A stretch of 64,000 nucleotides of DNA from Utricularia gibba (lineage: Eukaryota; Plantae; Magnoliophyta). Location: assembly GCA_002189035.1 (NCBI GenBank), contig NEEC01000013.1, positions 248,001-312,000 on the forward strand. The letters run 5' to 3'. The notes beneath the pieces were generated by a model. That model searched no databases, had not been told where the DNA came from, and saw only the letters and a program-made list of their open reading frames with translations. Each line of letters opens with the position of its first letter. Position 1 is the first letter of the stretch. The translations under genes were made by a program, and so were the position numbers. Positions 49,241 through 61,720 of this stretch are shown piece after piece.

Positions 49241-49990
49241 GTAACTGTAACTGATGATTATGGTGATCGGCAGAAATAGGTAATCATCATTTTTCTTGTT
49301 AGAGTACTATAAGTATATTCTCTGGTAATTATAATTGATGATTACGATGATCGGCAGAAATAGATAATCATCGTTTTGCTTAATAGAGTATTATAAACAT
49401 TTTCTCTAGTAACTGTAATTAATGATTACGGTGATCCGTAGAAACAGATTATCATTTCCTTATATTACTTTCAATTCTGGTAACTGTAATCGGTAATTAC
49501 GGTAACCGTAAAATTTAGAGATACAAACTATTACTCGAGTAATTCTTATTTTCTCTTTTATGCTCGTTCGGAACACTTTTGCTTAATAGACTACTATCAC
49601 CATGTTTTCTAGTCACTGTAATTGATGAATTACTTTTATTTGTGGTAACTATAATTGATGATTACAGTGATCGATAGAAATAAACGAGTATGGTTTTTCT
49701 TATATTACTTTTATTTGTGGTAACTATAATTTATGATTACAGTGATAGATAGAAATATGCAATTATTATTTTGTTTATATTAATTTTATTTCTGATAATT
49801 GTAAGTGATGAATTGTAGTGATTGGAAGAAATATGTAATTATCGTTTTCTTTATATTAGTTTCATTTATAATAATTGTAATTGATGAATTATAGTGATCG
49901 ATATAAATATATAATTGATGTTTTCTTTATATTTTTTTTATTCTAATAATTATAATTAATGAATTATTGTGATCAACATAAATAAAAAAT
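49241..49990. repeat. Degenerate tandem array, about 10 units of 70-85 bp
   Basis: Recurrent GTAACTGTAATTGATGATTACGGTGATCG...AGAAAT motif starting at about 49241, 49325, 49409, 49480, 49612, 49645, 49720, 49795, 49871 and 49945, becoming more AT-eroded distally. Confidence 0.85.
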
Positions 49991-50734
49991 ATTAAAATGA
50001 AAAATTTAAATGAAACGATATTTATGGTTTTTAATTTGATTTATTATTTGTAAAAAAAATATAATATAATTTGATTTTTCATTTTGTTTAAATTATTTAT
50101 TTTTCCATTATTTAATTGTATATATTTTTGAATATATAATAATTAAATAAAATATAAATTATGAAAAATTTAATTTGATTTTATTTTTATTTAATATAAT
50201 TTTTGAATTCTAAAAAATATATTTTAATAATATTTATTACAATATTTGTAAAACAAATGTAATATATTTTTATTTTTTTGTAAAAAATATAATAATATTA
50301 AAATATGTTGTCAAAAAGAAATTCAAAAGTGAAAAAGAAAATGGATAGGATAGATGGTTTTGATATACATTAGAAGTGAGATGTACACAATGAATAATTT
50401 TGAAACTGGATTTTTTGCAATGGTTGGATTTGGTAAAGCCCCTCCACACCAACTTCAAGCATAGCTGTGTTGAAGAAAAGGCAATTACCCTCTGCAAAGC
50501 AAGCGTACACTGCAGCAGTGCATTACTGAAACAGTTCGTGTCAGGAAAACCGAAGATACTTCATACGGAACAATGGGTTGGAGAGTGGGGAGACAAATTG
50601 TGGAGATCATGATTTAGATTCTCCTTTTAAAGCATTTTATGTTTTTTTCCTAGAAAAATTCATTTATTTCTTTTGTGTGAGTCAGCAAGTCACAAAATGG
50701 GAAAAACCTGAATTCATTTCTATACCAATCTAAT

Positions 50735-50741
<7 letters not shown>

Positions 50742-50781
<40 letters not shown>
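50742..50781. repeat. (AT)n microsatellite
   Basis: About 20 uninterrupted AT units. Confidence 0.95.
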
Positions 50782-50786
<5 letters not shown>

Positions 50787-51669
50787 AGTTAACAAAAAGC
50801 AACTTTACAAAAGTTATTCATACTTTTGGTTGGTTGCACGTGTCCCCGTTTTTATATTTTGATTGTGAATAAATAATATGTCAAGTGTAAAGAGTTTGCC
50901 AAAGTTTAAAACCGGTTGGAGATATGTTGTAAATGCTTTTAATCAATTCTATTTAGTAGCCAATTTTAAGATCTAGTTTCGTGTATATAAAAATAAATGA
51001 TGATGTAATTATTATTATTATATTTTTGCTTAAATACCATTTTAAGTTAATTATTCAATTATTTTTGTGCTTAATGCGTTTCTTTATTTTTTTTCACTAA
51101 AATTTATCATTGTCATAAGTTAATCCACATTTTTCATATCAATGAATATAATTTTGTAGATAAAAAACTAAAGCATTATACTAAGCACATATAACAAAAG
51201 ATTAAGAATAATATTTGATTTAAACCAAACCCTCACATCCTTATGTATCTTAAATACCAAATAATCTCATAACAAGGGACGCCATTCTACATGTCCTACT
51301 ACACAAGGAACTTTACCAGTGTTGGAGCTAATTGCCCCACGGTGGAGTCTGCTGCCTTCAACACATTCTGATGAATTGTAATCATTGTCATCAAGAGATA
51401 GAGAAAATGATAGAAAGCATATGTCGGATATTACACGAAATGTTGGTCTATTTACATGTTCTAAAAAAATAAGTAGGATTTCTCAATATACAATAACACA
51501 AACGTCTTCCAAGAAAACGAATTGGATTTTTTGTGTTTTTCGGATCATTTCTTATTTTCTTTAATCTCTATTAATTATTAAAATATTAATTATTTGATAC
51601 TGTAAAACAATTCAATTTTTATACCTACAGAAAGATGCATAGAAATTCTAAGTCATGGTCGTAATAAGA

Positions 51670-51670
<1 letters not shown>

Positions 51671-51706
<36 letters not shown>
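51671..51706. repeat. (ATT)n microsatellite
   Basis: 12 ATT units. Confidence 0.95.
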
Positions 51707-51708
<2 letters not shown>

Positions 51709-52121
51709 TTGTATTAAATAATTGATGACTAAGTTTGTGGGATGAAGGAAAAAAAGTTTCTTTAATTTGGATCATTTTTACATATGATTATGTTTATTTT
51801 CTTTTTAATGCATAAGTGAAGTAAAAAAATTAATATTTCAGATACTTAATTTTCACATAGAATTTTAATGACTTTTTTTATATCCATGTCGCCGCCTCTT
51901 CGTCTTCTTCATCAAAGTCAAATATAACCGACACATCACAAAATCATGTTGTTATGAGTTCATGAGTTGTAGTATCTAACCTATCTTCATGGAGGTTTCC
52001 AGTTTCCTCTCATCGTCGCTGTTCGGCGTACCCCTATCCACATGGCAAGTCGGGATGGTTGTTGCATGTTTTCGCTGAACAACATTTGAATTAATCTTCT
52101 GGATTGCTGTATTCACCAAGC

Positions 52122-54508
52122 ATGGCATCTTCTTCAGCAAATTTTTGGGTTGTGTTGGGTCTTGGGATTGCTGGAATCTTGCTTATGACCAATAAGCTCA
52201 AGAAAGCGGTTAAAGTTGACTTCGGAGCATTTATCCAGAGATTGCACCTATTGCCTCCGCCTCAGCCGGCGCCCCCTAAAGCTTCGCATCCACTGACTGG
52301 CCTCTCTTTCGCGGTTTCTGATGTGTAGGAATTTACTTGTCTGCTATTTGCGGATGCTGATTTTCCTAGGCTCCTATCCCTATGACGTGCGTGTATTGAA
52401 TTTTTGTTATCTGTGTTGCATCATGGCGATAATTGTGGTATTTTTCAGCTTTGATATTGAAGGCTTTGTGACTGGGTTTGGCAATCCAGAGTGGTTCAGG
52501 ACTAAGGATCCTTCTGCACGGACATGTCCCATTGTCATTACTCTTGTTGATGGTGGTGCCACTTGTATGGGGAAAACAGTGGTGGATGATATGGCAATGA
52601 GGTATTCTTGCTGGAAAATCATGTGTTTTTTCATAAAGCGTTGAAACTTTCCTTCTTAATTGTTTTCGTTACCCTTTTTCTTTTATCCAGTATTTCTGGA
52701 GAAAACAAACATTATCGAACACGAACTAATTCAGCCTCTCCTTCACGCGTACCAGGGGGACCGTCAAGTGGTGCTGCAGTAGCTGTTGCTGCTAAGCTCG
52801 CGGATTTCTCTTTAGGTAAGTTTCTGCTTCTACTTTTTTTGATTACCGGTTATTGCTGCCTCTCAAATGGAATGAATCAAATCACTACAAAATTACTTCG
52901 ATTCATTGTTGAAAATGGAATGTATACAAGGTCTCTTATAAGTGGAAAATTACTTTGATTCATGTTCATCAATCTTCTCGCTCTCGCTCTCTCTGTAGTC
53001 GGGCTGAATGCTGTTTACTCCACGTTTTCTCAAGGAAAAAAAATATTCTTTTAGGATGCTAGTTTCCTGAAATGTGATATAACAGGATGATGCCATACTT
53101 GCAATCCCTACTTGTGATCCTCCACCAAAGCTTGGTGCGAAAGAAATCCACTCAGAGGAATACCTAATTCAAACTTCTACCTTTTCATGCATAGCTAGTT
53201 TATCTGGCTGTTGTCAGGTTGAGGCTTCTCTTCCTTTTTCATGAGTGTTGCAGCTGTCACATATGCTCAGTTTTTTTGTGTTCGTTGTAGTTTGCAATAC
53301 CAGTTGGTATAAATGATAAACGCCCAGTTTCGTTGTCTCTCCTTGCTAAATATGGTAGTGATAGGTTTCTTCTGGATACTCTGCAAAATCTGTATGCATC
53401 TTTAGCTGAGCAGATGCAAAAGGCTTCAAAGCCCAAAACAATATATGAAAGTGTCTCGCGAGATGAATCAGCTGAGATTGCAAAAGAACAGGTATATCAT
53501 GAAATCAGCATTTTCATTTAATGGGCTAGCTGCAAACTTCCATCTTTTCGTTTAAGCTGTAATCCTGGCATTGTACCCTCAAGCCAACTTTGTGATATAC
53601 GCAAATTTAATGTGAACCCTTTTGAAATGCCAAAATCATACTTTTTAACCAGGTTACATGTTTGTCTGTTAGACATGTAGCTAAATATCTTATGAAATAT
53701 GCTTTCTGAAGGAGTAATGACCTTGCTAATAGGTAATGAGTGGAGCAAAGTGTGGATTTTAGGCGAGAAGATTAATGTGCAAATGTTTTGTTTACTTTTC
53801 AACGTTTCCTTATAACGTAGATTGAGCAGTGCTTATTTTTAGTATTTTAGACATCCTTCTGATGCTTGATGTAAATCGTGGGAAACTAATGTGTTTTGCC
53901 GTCAAAAAAAAAACAGGGCAACCAAGCATTCAAGGATAAGCAATGGCAGAGAGCTATTGGGTTTTACAGTGAAGCTATCAAGCTCAACTACAACAATGCG
54001 ACATTCTACAGCAACCGTGCTGCTGCTTATCTAGAGATAGGAAGGTATATGTACTGGCCATATGTTATTGAATTTAGTTTTCTTGATTGCAGCTATGCCT
54101 CATGACTCATTCATTGTCTCTAGTTATGGCCAAGCTGAAGCAGATTGTACTCAAGCCATTCACCTTGATAAGAAGGTGCTTAGCTCATCTCCTTGGGTTT
54201 CCCATGTTTCTACTAAATTTCTCCTGGAAATTAACAGGGCTTAACATCATTTTCCATGTTGGGGCTTGCAGAGGATAAAGGCATATTTGAGAAGGGCAAC
54301 TGCTCGGGAGATGCTGGGTTACTACAGAGAAGCTATGGAGGGTTCGTGTATTACTATCATTACTTGCATCATTTCTGGTCATTCCTAAACTTATGCTTGA
54401 CACGGCTACCCTTATTCTTTTACAGACTTCAGATACGCACTTGTTCTCGAACCGAATAACAAAAGAGCAGCACAGGCTGTCGATCGTCTCAGGAAGTTGT
54501 TCCAATAG
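52122..54508 (+). pseudogene. TOC64: TOC64-like (chloroplast outer envelope amidase-TPR) gene lacking the central amidase exons
   Basis: Exons 52122-52324, 52449-52601, 52691-52815, 53086-53217, 53291-53491, 53917-54044, 54124-54175, 54272-54341 and 54426-54508. They encode MASSSANFWVVLGLGIAG, LPPPQPAPPKA, GKTVVDD, SGENKHY, DDAILAIP, GCCQ and three TPRs ending DFRYALVLEPNNKRA...LRKLFQ*. The GIDT...SLLK region is absent, and exon 3 (phase 1) does not join the next exon (phase 0) in frame. Confidence 0.85.
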
Positions 54509-57500
54509 ATTTTTCGGAGGATCATTCAGAAGTTTGTCCCCGGAACTCGATGCCATGGAAACAGGTAGAGAGATGCAGCCGCATGTTTGAGTAAGAGCGG
54601 TAAGCAGGAAGGAAGCATGGCGATCCAGATGGCAGTTCTTGTCCAGAACGAAGTTCTTTCGTTGGCAATTGAAGTAAGTGATGAAAATCAGAGCCTTGGT
54701 TAGGTACCCATTCATTAAGTTGTCGCTGCTACTAATGCTGTTGACATTTGTTGAGTTTCATAAATTTTGTGTAAAGGCAAGGCAAAAAAATATAATTTCC
54801 ACTAAAGGAGCGAAATGTGCGTTTACACGAATTATCCTTGTTCACCGCGGTGCCAGTTACACAATACCAGATGAAACCATAGAATCTCTGGCACCGTCTC
54901 AGCAGGGAATAAGTTGACAAAAACAACGCAGTGGAAATGCAGCGGTAATTAGTACTGGACCTGGTGGGTGCACATGGCTCGCCCTGCTGCTTTTTTTACG
55001 CCTTACAGGATCATGGCGTGGCGATCCATCCGGCTGGCACTCTGAGCTCGGAGAAGGGGAGATATTGATGGAAGGATTGAAATTTCCCTTGAACAGAGCC
55101 AAGAGTGAGAGGAGAGAACAAACAGTACAAAAAGTCTTCAAAAACCAGTGCCGAATCCGCTGCCACTGGAATCTCTGGACCGAATGGGTGGTTGCTGTGG
55201 TCAGGGATGGTGAAATTCAAGATCACGTGCACCCCGAGAAATTCACAATCCTCTTGTAGGCCAAAACACAATATTTCATTCCCAATGAAACTGCAAGCAC
55301 ATGACTTTGCAATGAATTGGATCCCACAAACACAAGGCCGGCCGTGGCCGCGAGATTAGGGGGTCTTGAACCTTTTAGGACACCAGGTAAGAATTATGAA
55401 ATTTTAAATTTTTCAAGGATAGTTAAATGATGAAAAAAGTGTCTAACAGGTGCTAAGTGGGAGTGGGTGGTGGTTCGAGAATGTTGAGAGCATCGGTATT
55501 AAAGGTAGGCAAAATGACATTAATATCAATAATCCTCTAGTAATTTAATCTGGACCAATCACTAGAGTAAATACATAAAAACAAAATCAAGAATTTATTG
55601 AGGAAATATAGATCAACCAACAAGATTATGAGTAACTTGACACTAAATTAAATCTTCTCAAATGAACTAGAATAATATAAAGGTGTAATTGATGAAATAT
55701 ATAGCAATGAAAAACAACCGAAGAAGATTTGTTGCCTTATTATACTTAAATGGCTCCTACTTAGCTCATGAACTCTATTAGTATTTTCCTTTGAATATGC
55801 CTCTTGTTTAACTATATAAGGACTCTAGTTTAAATTAGGAATAATAGTTGGCAAAATCTACTTTGAGAGCAATATTCTTTTGCTGAGTTACTGAGAAACT
55901 TTACATTTTCTCAATTTTTGTTTATAATGTCTAGTTTGATTTATCACTTTCATCATTTTTTTATGTATGTGAGTGTGATCTCGTATTATATAGATTGAAT
56001 TGAAAAGATAATGTTTCTTGAAGATCATATTTCTCAGATGAAAGATTGATTCATTGGAATGCCACCATATGAGTAAAGGGTGAAGGCCATGGGATATGCA
56101 GTGAAGTATGGGGCAATAAGTCAGTAAGTGGTAGACGATGGGGTGGCAGGCGGATGGCGGAGTAGAAACATCAGAAAACAAAAAAAAAAAAAAAAGAAAC
56201 ACTAATTTTGGGTTTACACAAACCAGCCTCGGTTTGATGAGAACCTACAAACCAAACATACTATTAGAGGACTGAACTTAGATACCCTGAAACCCAACAT
56301 TGAAAATCTTTCACACACATGATGATTTGAAAAAGAATTGGTTCCCTGTGTTTCTTCATTTGGAGTAACCAAGTTACAACGGAACGCGGTGGGAGCATTG
56401 AAGATAAAAACATGGAATATGCATCAGACTGAAAAAAAGTGTTTGTTATTCCCTTCTTGTGCTTTGTGAGTTGTCTGTGAGAGGGCAAAGGGAGGGAGGG
56501 AGGAGGGATGCATGTGATTTACCATGAATTTCATGTCCTTTGTCTGCCCCATCAACGGAAATTACTATTCATTGCTCTGCACCAACCTTACCATGCGCCT
56601 GTGTGACTTCTGACCAGTGTTTTATTATCATTATTATTTTAATCATTTACCATTTATATTTAATATTTTTTTATTGGCCATTCTAATCATACTTAGATTT
56701 TACGAAAAACCATTGGATGATATCCATTGCGGTGAAATCATACCATTAGTTTGGTTATGTTATTCCTATTTCTTGTAAAAACTTTTATTATATATTATGT
56801 TATGACCAGAAATTTTTTTTTATATAAACAATTAATTATTATTAAATGAGTTTTGGTAGATTTTTCGTAATGTTCTTGATGAAAAAAAACACAAAATTTT
56901 GATGGCTTGAAAAACTAGGAATATTGCTCACTTTAGAGAGTAAAATCCACCATAAATTGATTGAATTGCAAGGTGATTTTTGAATGGAATCATATTGAAG
57001 TTAAAAGATAAGCATCAAGGAAAATTGGATCTCGGGGTGTGTGCTTTCGGATGGGGATTTGTGCAAAGTCAAGAGAAGAATGAATGAATGAATGAAGTGA
57101 GTAGTAATTGAACCTCAATCTCCCTCCCTCTTCTTGGGTTTGAATGGATTCCATCGTAAGTTAAAGCTGTTGTGGTGCGTGCGACAAGATTTCTGTGGTT
57201 GGGTGCTTGGAGTCCTCTTCTTGGGGCTTACAAGATATTCATCCTTGCAGATTAATTAATAGTAATTGTAATTGTAATTGTAATTATGCTCCCTCCCCTC
57301 CTATCTAACCATTCATCAAATACTTCACACCCTTTTTTATAAATGCTCTTCTATCTCAATACTTTCTGCTTAAGCTTGAATTTGGAGTTGAGTTAGATTT
57401 CATCCAAACTTAATCTATAATTTTTTGGATTCAATTCAATAAACTTTATAAAAAATGGAAAAATAATAAAACATAGAAATAATCATTTTATATTTTATTC

Positions 57501-59199
57501 AATCCATTGTAAAAATGGTTAAACTCCAAACCATAAATAAAATGAAAAACGACCATTTTAAAACATTGTTTACAAGGGAATATCTGATTCATGCAAATGG
57601 CTTTTCTATCCAGGTGTGTATGTTTATCATCCAACAACTTCCGGTTCGAGTGATAATAATTTTGTTATGTCACAATATATTAAATAGAGAAATTGCTTTA
57701 ATTACATCTTATCTAATTTTTTTAACATACGTTATATCATATAAACCAAAAGCATATTTACTACACGACACAGCAAATTTTACTTCGCCTATTTTTTTTC
57801 ATGCAATTAAATCAACTTACATTGACAAAAATACTCCATGATTGGTGTGTTATATACCTTTTGAGTATCTAATATTCTGATATATAATACAATACATATT
57901 AAATATATTACATGGCAGTAGCCTAGTTGGCTTACTCAACAACATTAAACTTGAATATATATTACTCCTCAATGTTTTAAAATAATAGAAAAATTTACAA
58001 AATGATTCTAATTATTTATGATATTAATAAAAATGATGTTTAATGTTTTATTAATATCTTCACTATTTAAAAATATGGTATAATTAATCCCAAATATTTC
58101 AAAATAATAACAAAATTGGATCTCACTATTTATACAAATTAATTTATAATAATATAGTATTCGATATTTTAGTATAATTAATCCCTAATATTTTAAATAA
58201 TTGATATTAATAATCTTCAATTGTTTGAAAAAATTAATTTCCACCTAATTGTGTCTGGTTTATTGAATGATGAAACCAATATAAAGATATTCAAATGGTA
58301 AAAGATCACAAACATTTAAAATGTTAATACGTCAAATTTTGGGAATCATTTCTATTCGATATATAAAATATTAAAGATCGTTGTGAGGATGAAATACATA
58401 ATTTATATTAAAAAATAGAAATTAAATTTATCAAAATATTAAATATTGAGTGTTTTAGACAAATTTTTTCAATGTAAAAATATATTTTTGAAAAAAAAAA
58501 GAATAAATAAATTGGTGCATGTTGACTTTTCCCCACTGGATCCTCCGAACATATAATGTGGCATTTAATTGGGCTCTAATAATTGGAAAATTATGAACGC
58601 GAAAATTGAAATATACGCACGAATTTAAATACCCCAACAACAAACTCTAAAATGGCATTCTGAAATAGCTTTTATTTTATGCTCGAAAATAAAAGCTATT
58701 TCCAACATGGTTTTTAGTTTGCTTTGTCATTATTCTTAATAGGTATTAAATAAATTAATGAATGACGACGAAGATAAATATTAAATGAGTATACCAAAAT
58801 ATGGAGAGATTAATAAGTGGTGATACCCAATCAATTAATGCCCTATCATCATCATCTCTCATGTGTTGTCTTATCTTGAACCTCAGCCACCCGCCACTTG
58901 CTTCTATTTTCATTACACAAAAAACTTAACAATTTCTTTGATGTGGAGGTGTTAAAATCATGATTTATGTTGGGCTGATTAACGCTTGCTTATTGATTCT
59001 GGAAAGAATTAATGTATTAAAAGGTGTCTGAAAATGTAACTGCGAAAATGGTGGGGTGAAATTGCAAAAGGCAGTTTTCCTGTTAGCGGGGGACGGGGGG
59101 GCCTTCCAGACAGGCTCCTTATATTTACGGCTTTGATGCTCTCCTTCTCTGCAATTTCATTCCCAGCGGCCCAAACCCGCCGCCCCTGCTGACGTCGCC

Positions 59200-60559
59200 A
59201 TGCTCAATTTCATCCTCCTCATTCTTCTCTTCTCCTCCTCCTACCTTCAGGCGCTTCCCGACCTCGCCGCCGTTCAAACCCAGACACTCCGCCGTCCGCC
59301 TCCGGAGATCACGATCCCTGCCTTCCCGGAACAATCCTATGCCTCCACCTGTCCACTGAACCTTCCCAGCGACCTCTTCCACAGCGTCAAATCAGCCTGC
59401 GTCTCACATTCCTTCTCCTCCGACCACCGCTCCCGCTGCTGCCCTGTGCTCGCTGCCTGGCTCTACTCCGGCTACTCCACCACCGCACTGCGCGTGTCCC
59501 CGGCCGCAGCGAAAACCCATCAACCGGCACCGTACGAAATGCCCGTACTCCCCGATGATTCAGAGACCTGCGTGGATACCCTGGAGAGGGCGTTGGGTAA
59601 CAGGGGATACAGTTGCGGCGGCCGAACTCTACCTGCGACGTCGTTTATTGCTACTGTGGGATCAGACTGCACCCCTTCAGTTGCCCCGAGGCGTTCCGGG
59701 TTGACTCCCATGGGGAATTGGAGCCAGGGGAATCCGTACGAAAGCTGGAAACTGCTTGCTTCGGCAGCGGCGGTGTCTCCGTCTGCTCCAAGTGCCTCCA
59801 CGCCCTGTATTCTGTGAGCAATTGCGCTTTGCCGCTTGTTTTCCCTTTTTATGATTACAACATTCTTTTGCTCATTCCAAGGCAACTCCTTTTCTGCAAA
59901 AGTGGCTGGCCATTTCCACTCCACTCAGCACAGCACACAACTTTCGCTTTTTATTCATCTTCCGCTTACTCACTCCATTAGATTAACCCAATGAATGTTT
60001 GAGTTCAATTCTCACTCTTAAAGAAAATAGGGCAGATTCCATTCTGGTTTCAAAATCGAGAATCTGATTTTGACTCTTAAAATTGAGCGTATAAGATCGA
60101 ATGGATCCTAATCAATCTGGAATCTGGTTAAATTGATTGATTGATGGTTGGTTTGAAAGAGCGAATATGACGGTGTTGTCCACTTGGTTTTTATACTGAG
60201 GGAAAGAGTATTGTGTTGGTGCAGCTGAACGAGGAGAAAAGCAGGAGAAACGACAACAGAACGAGCAAGATACACAACCGGGACTGCGAGCTAATGGGAT
60301 TAACATGGCTCCTGAGCAAGAACAGATCTGCATACATTCACACCGCCACCGCAGTGTTGAGACAGATGATGAACGGCAATGGCACTTCCAAGGGCTGCAG
60401 TTTGAGCAGCGAGGGATGCCCCTCGCCGTCGATTCTTCGGAAATCAGCGGCCAGGCTCGGCCCTCATCCACGCTGCTGCCTTGTTCCGTCTTACGGCTGA
60501 TCTCTCTGTTGTGCTTTTGTTGCATCTTCCTTAGTCACTTGAGCAGTGCAGTGCAGTGA
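59200..60559 (+). CDS. GPI-anchored SPARK-domain protein (At4g28100-like), with two apparent -1 frameshifts
   Basis: Signal peptide; IPAFPEQS, CPLNLP, RSRCCPVLAAWLY, PDDSETCVD, TCDVVYCYCGIRLHP, CSKCL; intron 59814-60224; DCELMGLTWLL, MPLAVDSSEI and a hydrophobic C-terminal tail. Frames shift at G runs 59603-59606 and 60413-60415. Confidence 0.9.
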
Positions 60560-61720
60560 TGATAACCTTGTTTCCCGGGTACAGTTTAATAGCCAGCATT
60601 GACTTCCATTTGAAGTATGATGGTGCAGATTCAACGCTGTTGTGTGTCATCAAGTTGGGGTCTAAGATCAGGTGGGCGTAACCCATGAGTGCTACTTGAC
60701 AAAAACACCCAAGCCGATGTCCTACTATACTATCCCGTCCTATGGGTCCAATTTTATGCTGGTTTAGAAAGGATGAGGGTTTAAAACTTCCAAACCCATG
60801 ATAAGTGATCTAAATCCTTCTACTATTATATATAGAGAACGTAGCAGATTCAGGTATTGTCACAATAAATGATGACAAGATGGAGGAAGCTGTTCGACAT
60901 TACTTTAAGATAATCATATAAAGTTTGGTCACACTTCAAAAGAAAATATTTTTTAAAAAAATATAAAACAATTTGTAATTATTGTTCAAAAAATCATATT
61001 GAAAATTACCAAAAACACAGGCAATCATTAAAGCTTCACCTGGATCACTTCAATTACCACTACATCCAATTCAATACTACTATTCCAAGTTAAAAATAGT
61101 AGCTAACGAAAAACATATTTAAACCCATGATTTTCACGCATTCATTGTTGTTGTTTTATTTTCGGATATGAATGTCTCTATCTTTAGTTTTAGTTTATAA
61201 AGTTGTGATTTCATTTTTCAGTATGGATGAATAAGTTGCAAAAAAATGCCTTATGGTATACTAACATGCTGTGAGATTTTAGTTCTTATATTTTTGTATG
61301 TCTTGTTGTATTGCTATGATTGAGTAGATCTAAAGAAAAAAAATTAACAAACCCTACTTCGAAACTCAATTTAGAAGTAAACTAAAAAATTAGGATAAAT
61401 AAAAACTGATAGAATGGGATAAATCTATTTCTATTAATTTCATAGCATGATAGAACAAAATGCATAATAGTTAGAGAATTTTACTATATAATACCTGAAA
61501 AAACTAAGAAATGATTTGAATATACCTAAGTTATTTCAAGCTACTATTGTAAAAATGTAGATTAAATTTATGAGTTGATTTTATCACATTACTGGAATAT
61601 CCTGAGACACTATTATTTTTCTTTTTATTACACCCAAATTTATGATTTCTTTAGGAAAATTCTACATCGTTACAGATAAGGTAGATGGATGGTTTATATA
61701 AAAATATTCTCTAATCTTAC

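Noticed and set aside
41270-50450. Pairing of 41270-41400 with 50350-50450 as MULE terminal inverted repeats
   Set aside because: Only patchy similarity in AT-rich sequence, no terminal match and no 9-bp TSD.
54985-55070. Minus-strand sequence loosely resembling a miR390 site plus tasiARF (TAS3-like)
   Set aside because: Only about 14/19 match to tasiARF, a poor miR390 site and no second site.
56200-57400. Purine/pyrimidine-rich, transcript-like region checked for conserved miRNA or small-peptide genes
   Set aside because: No match to the conserved miRNA families or CLE/IDA/DVL motifs I could recall, and no clear hairpin.
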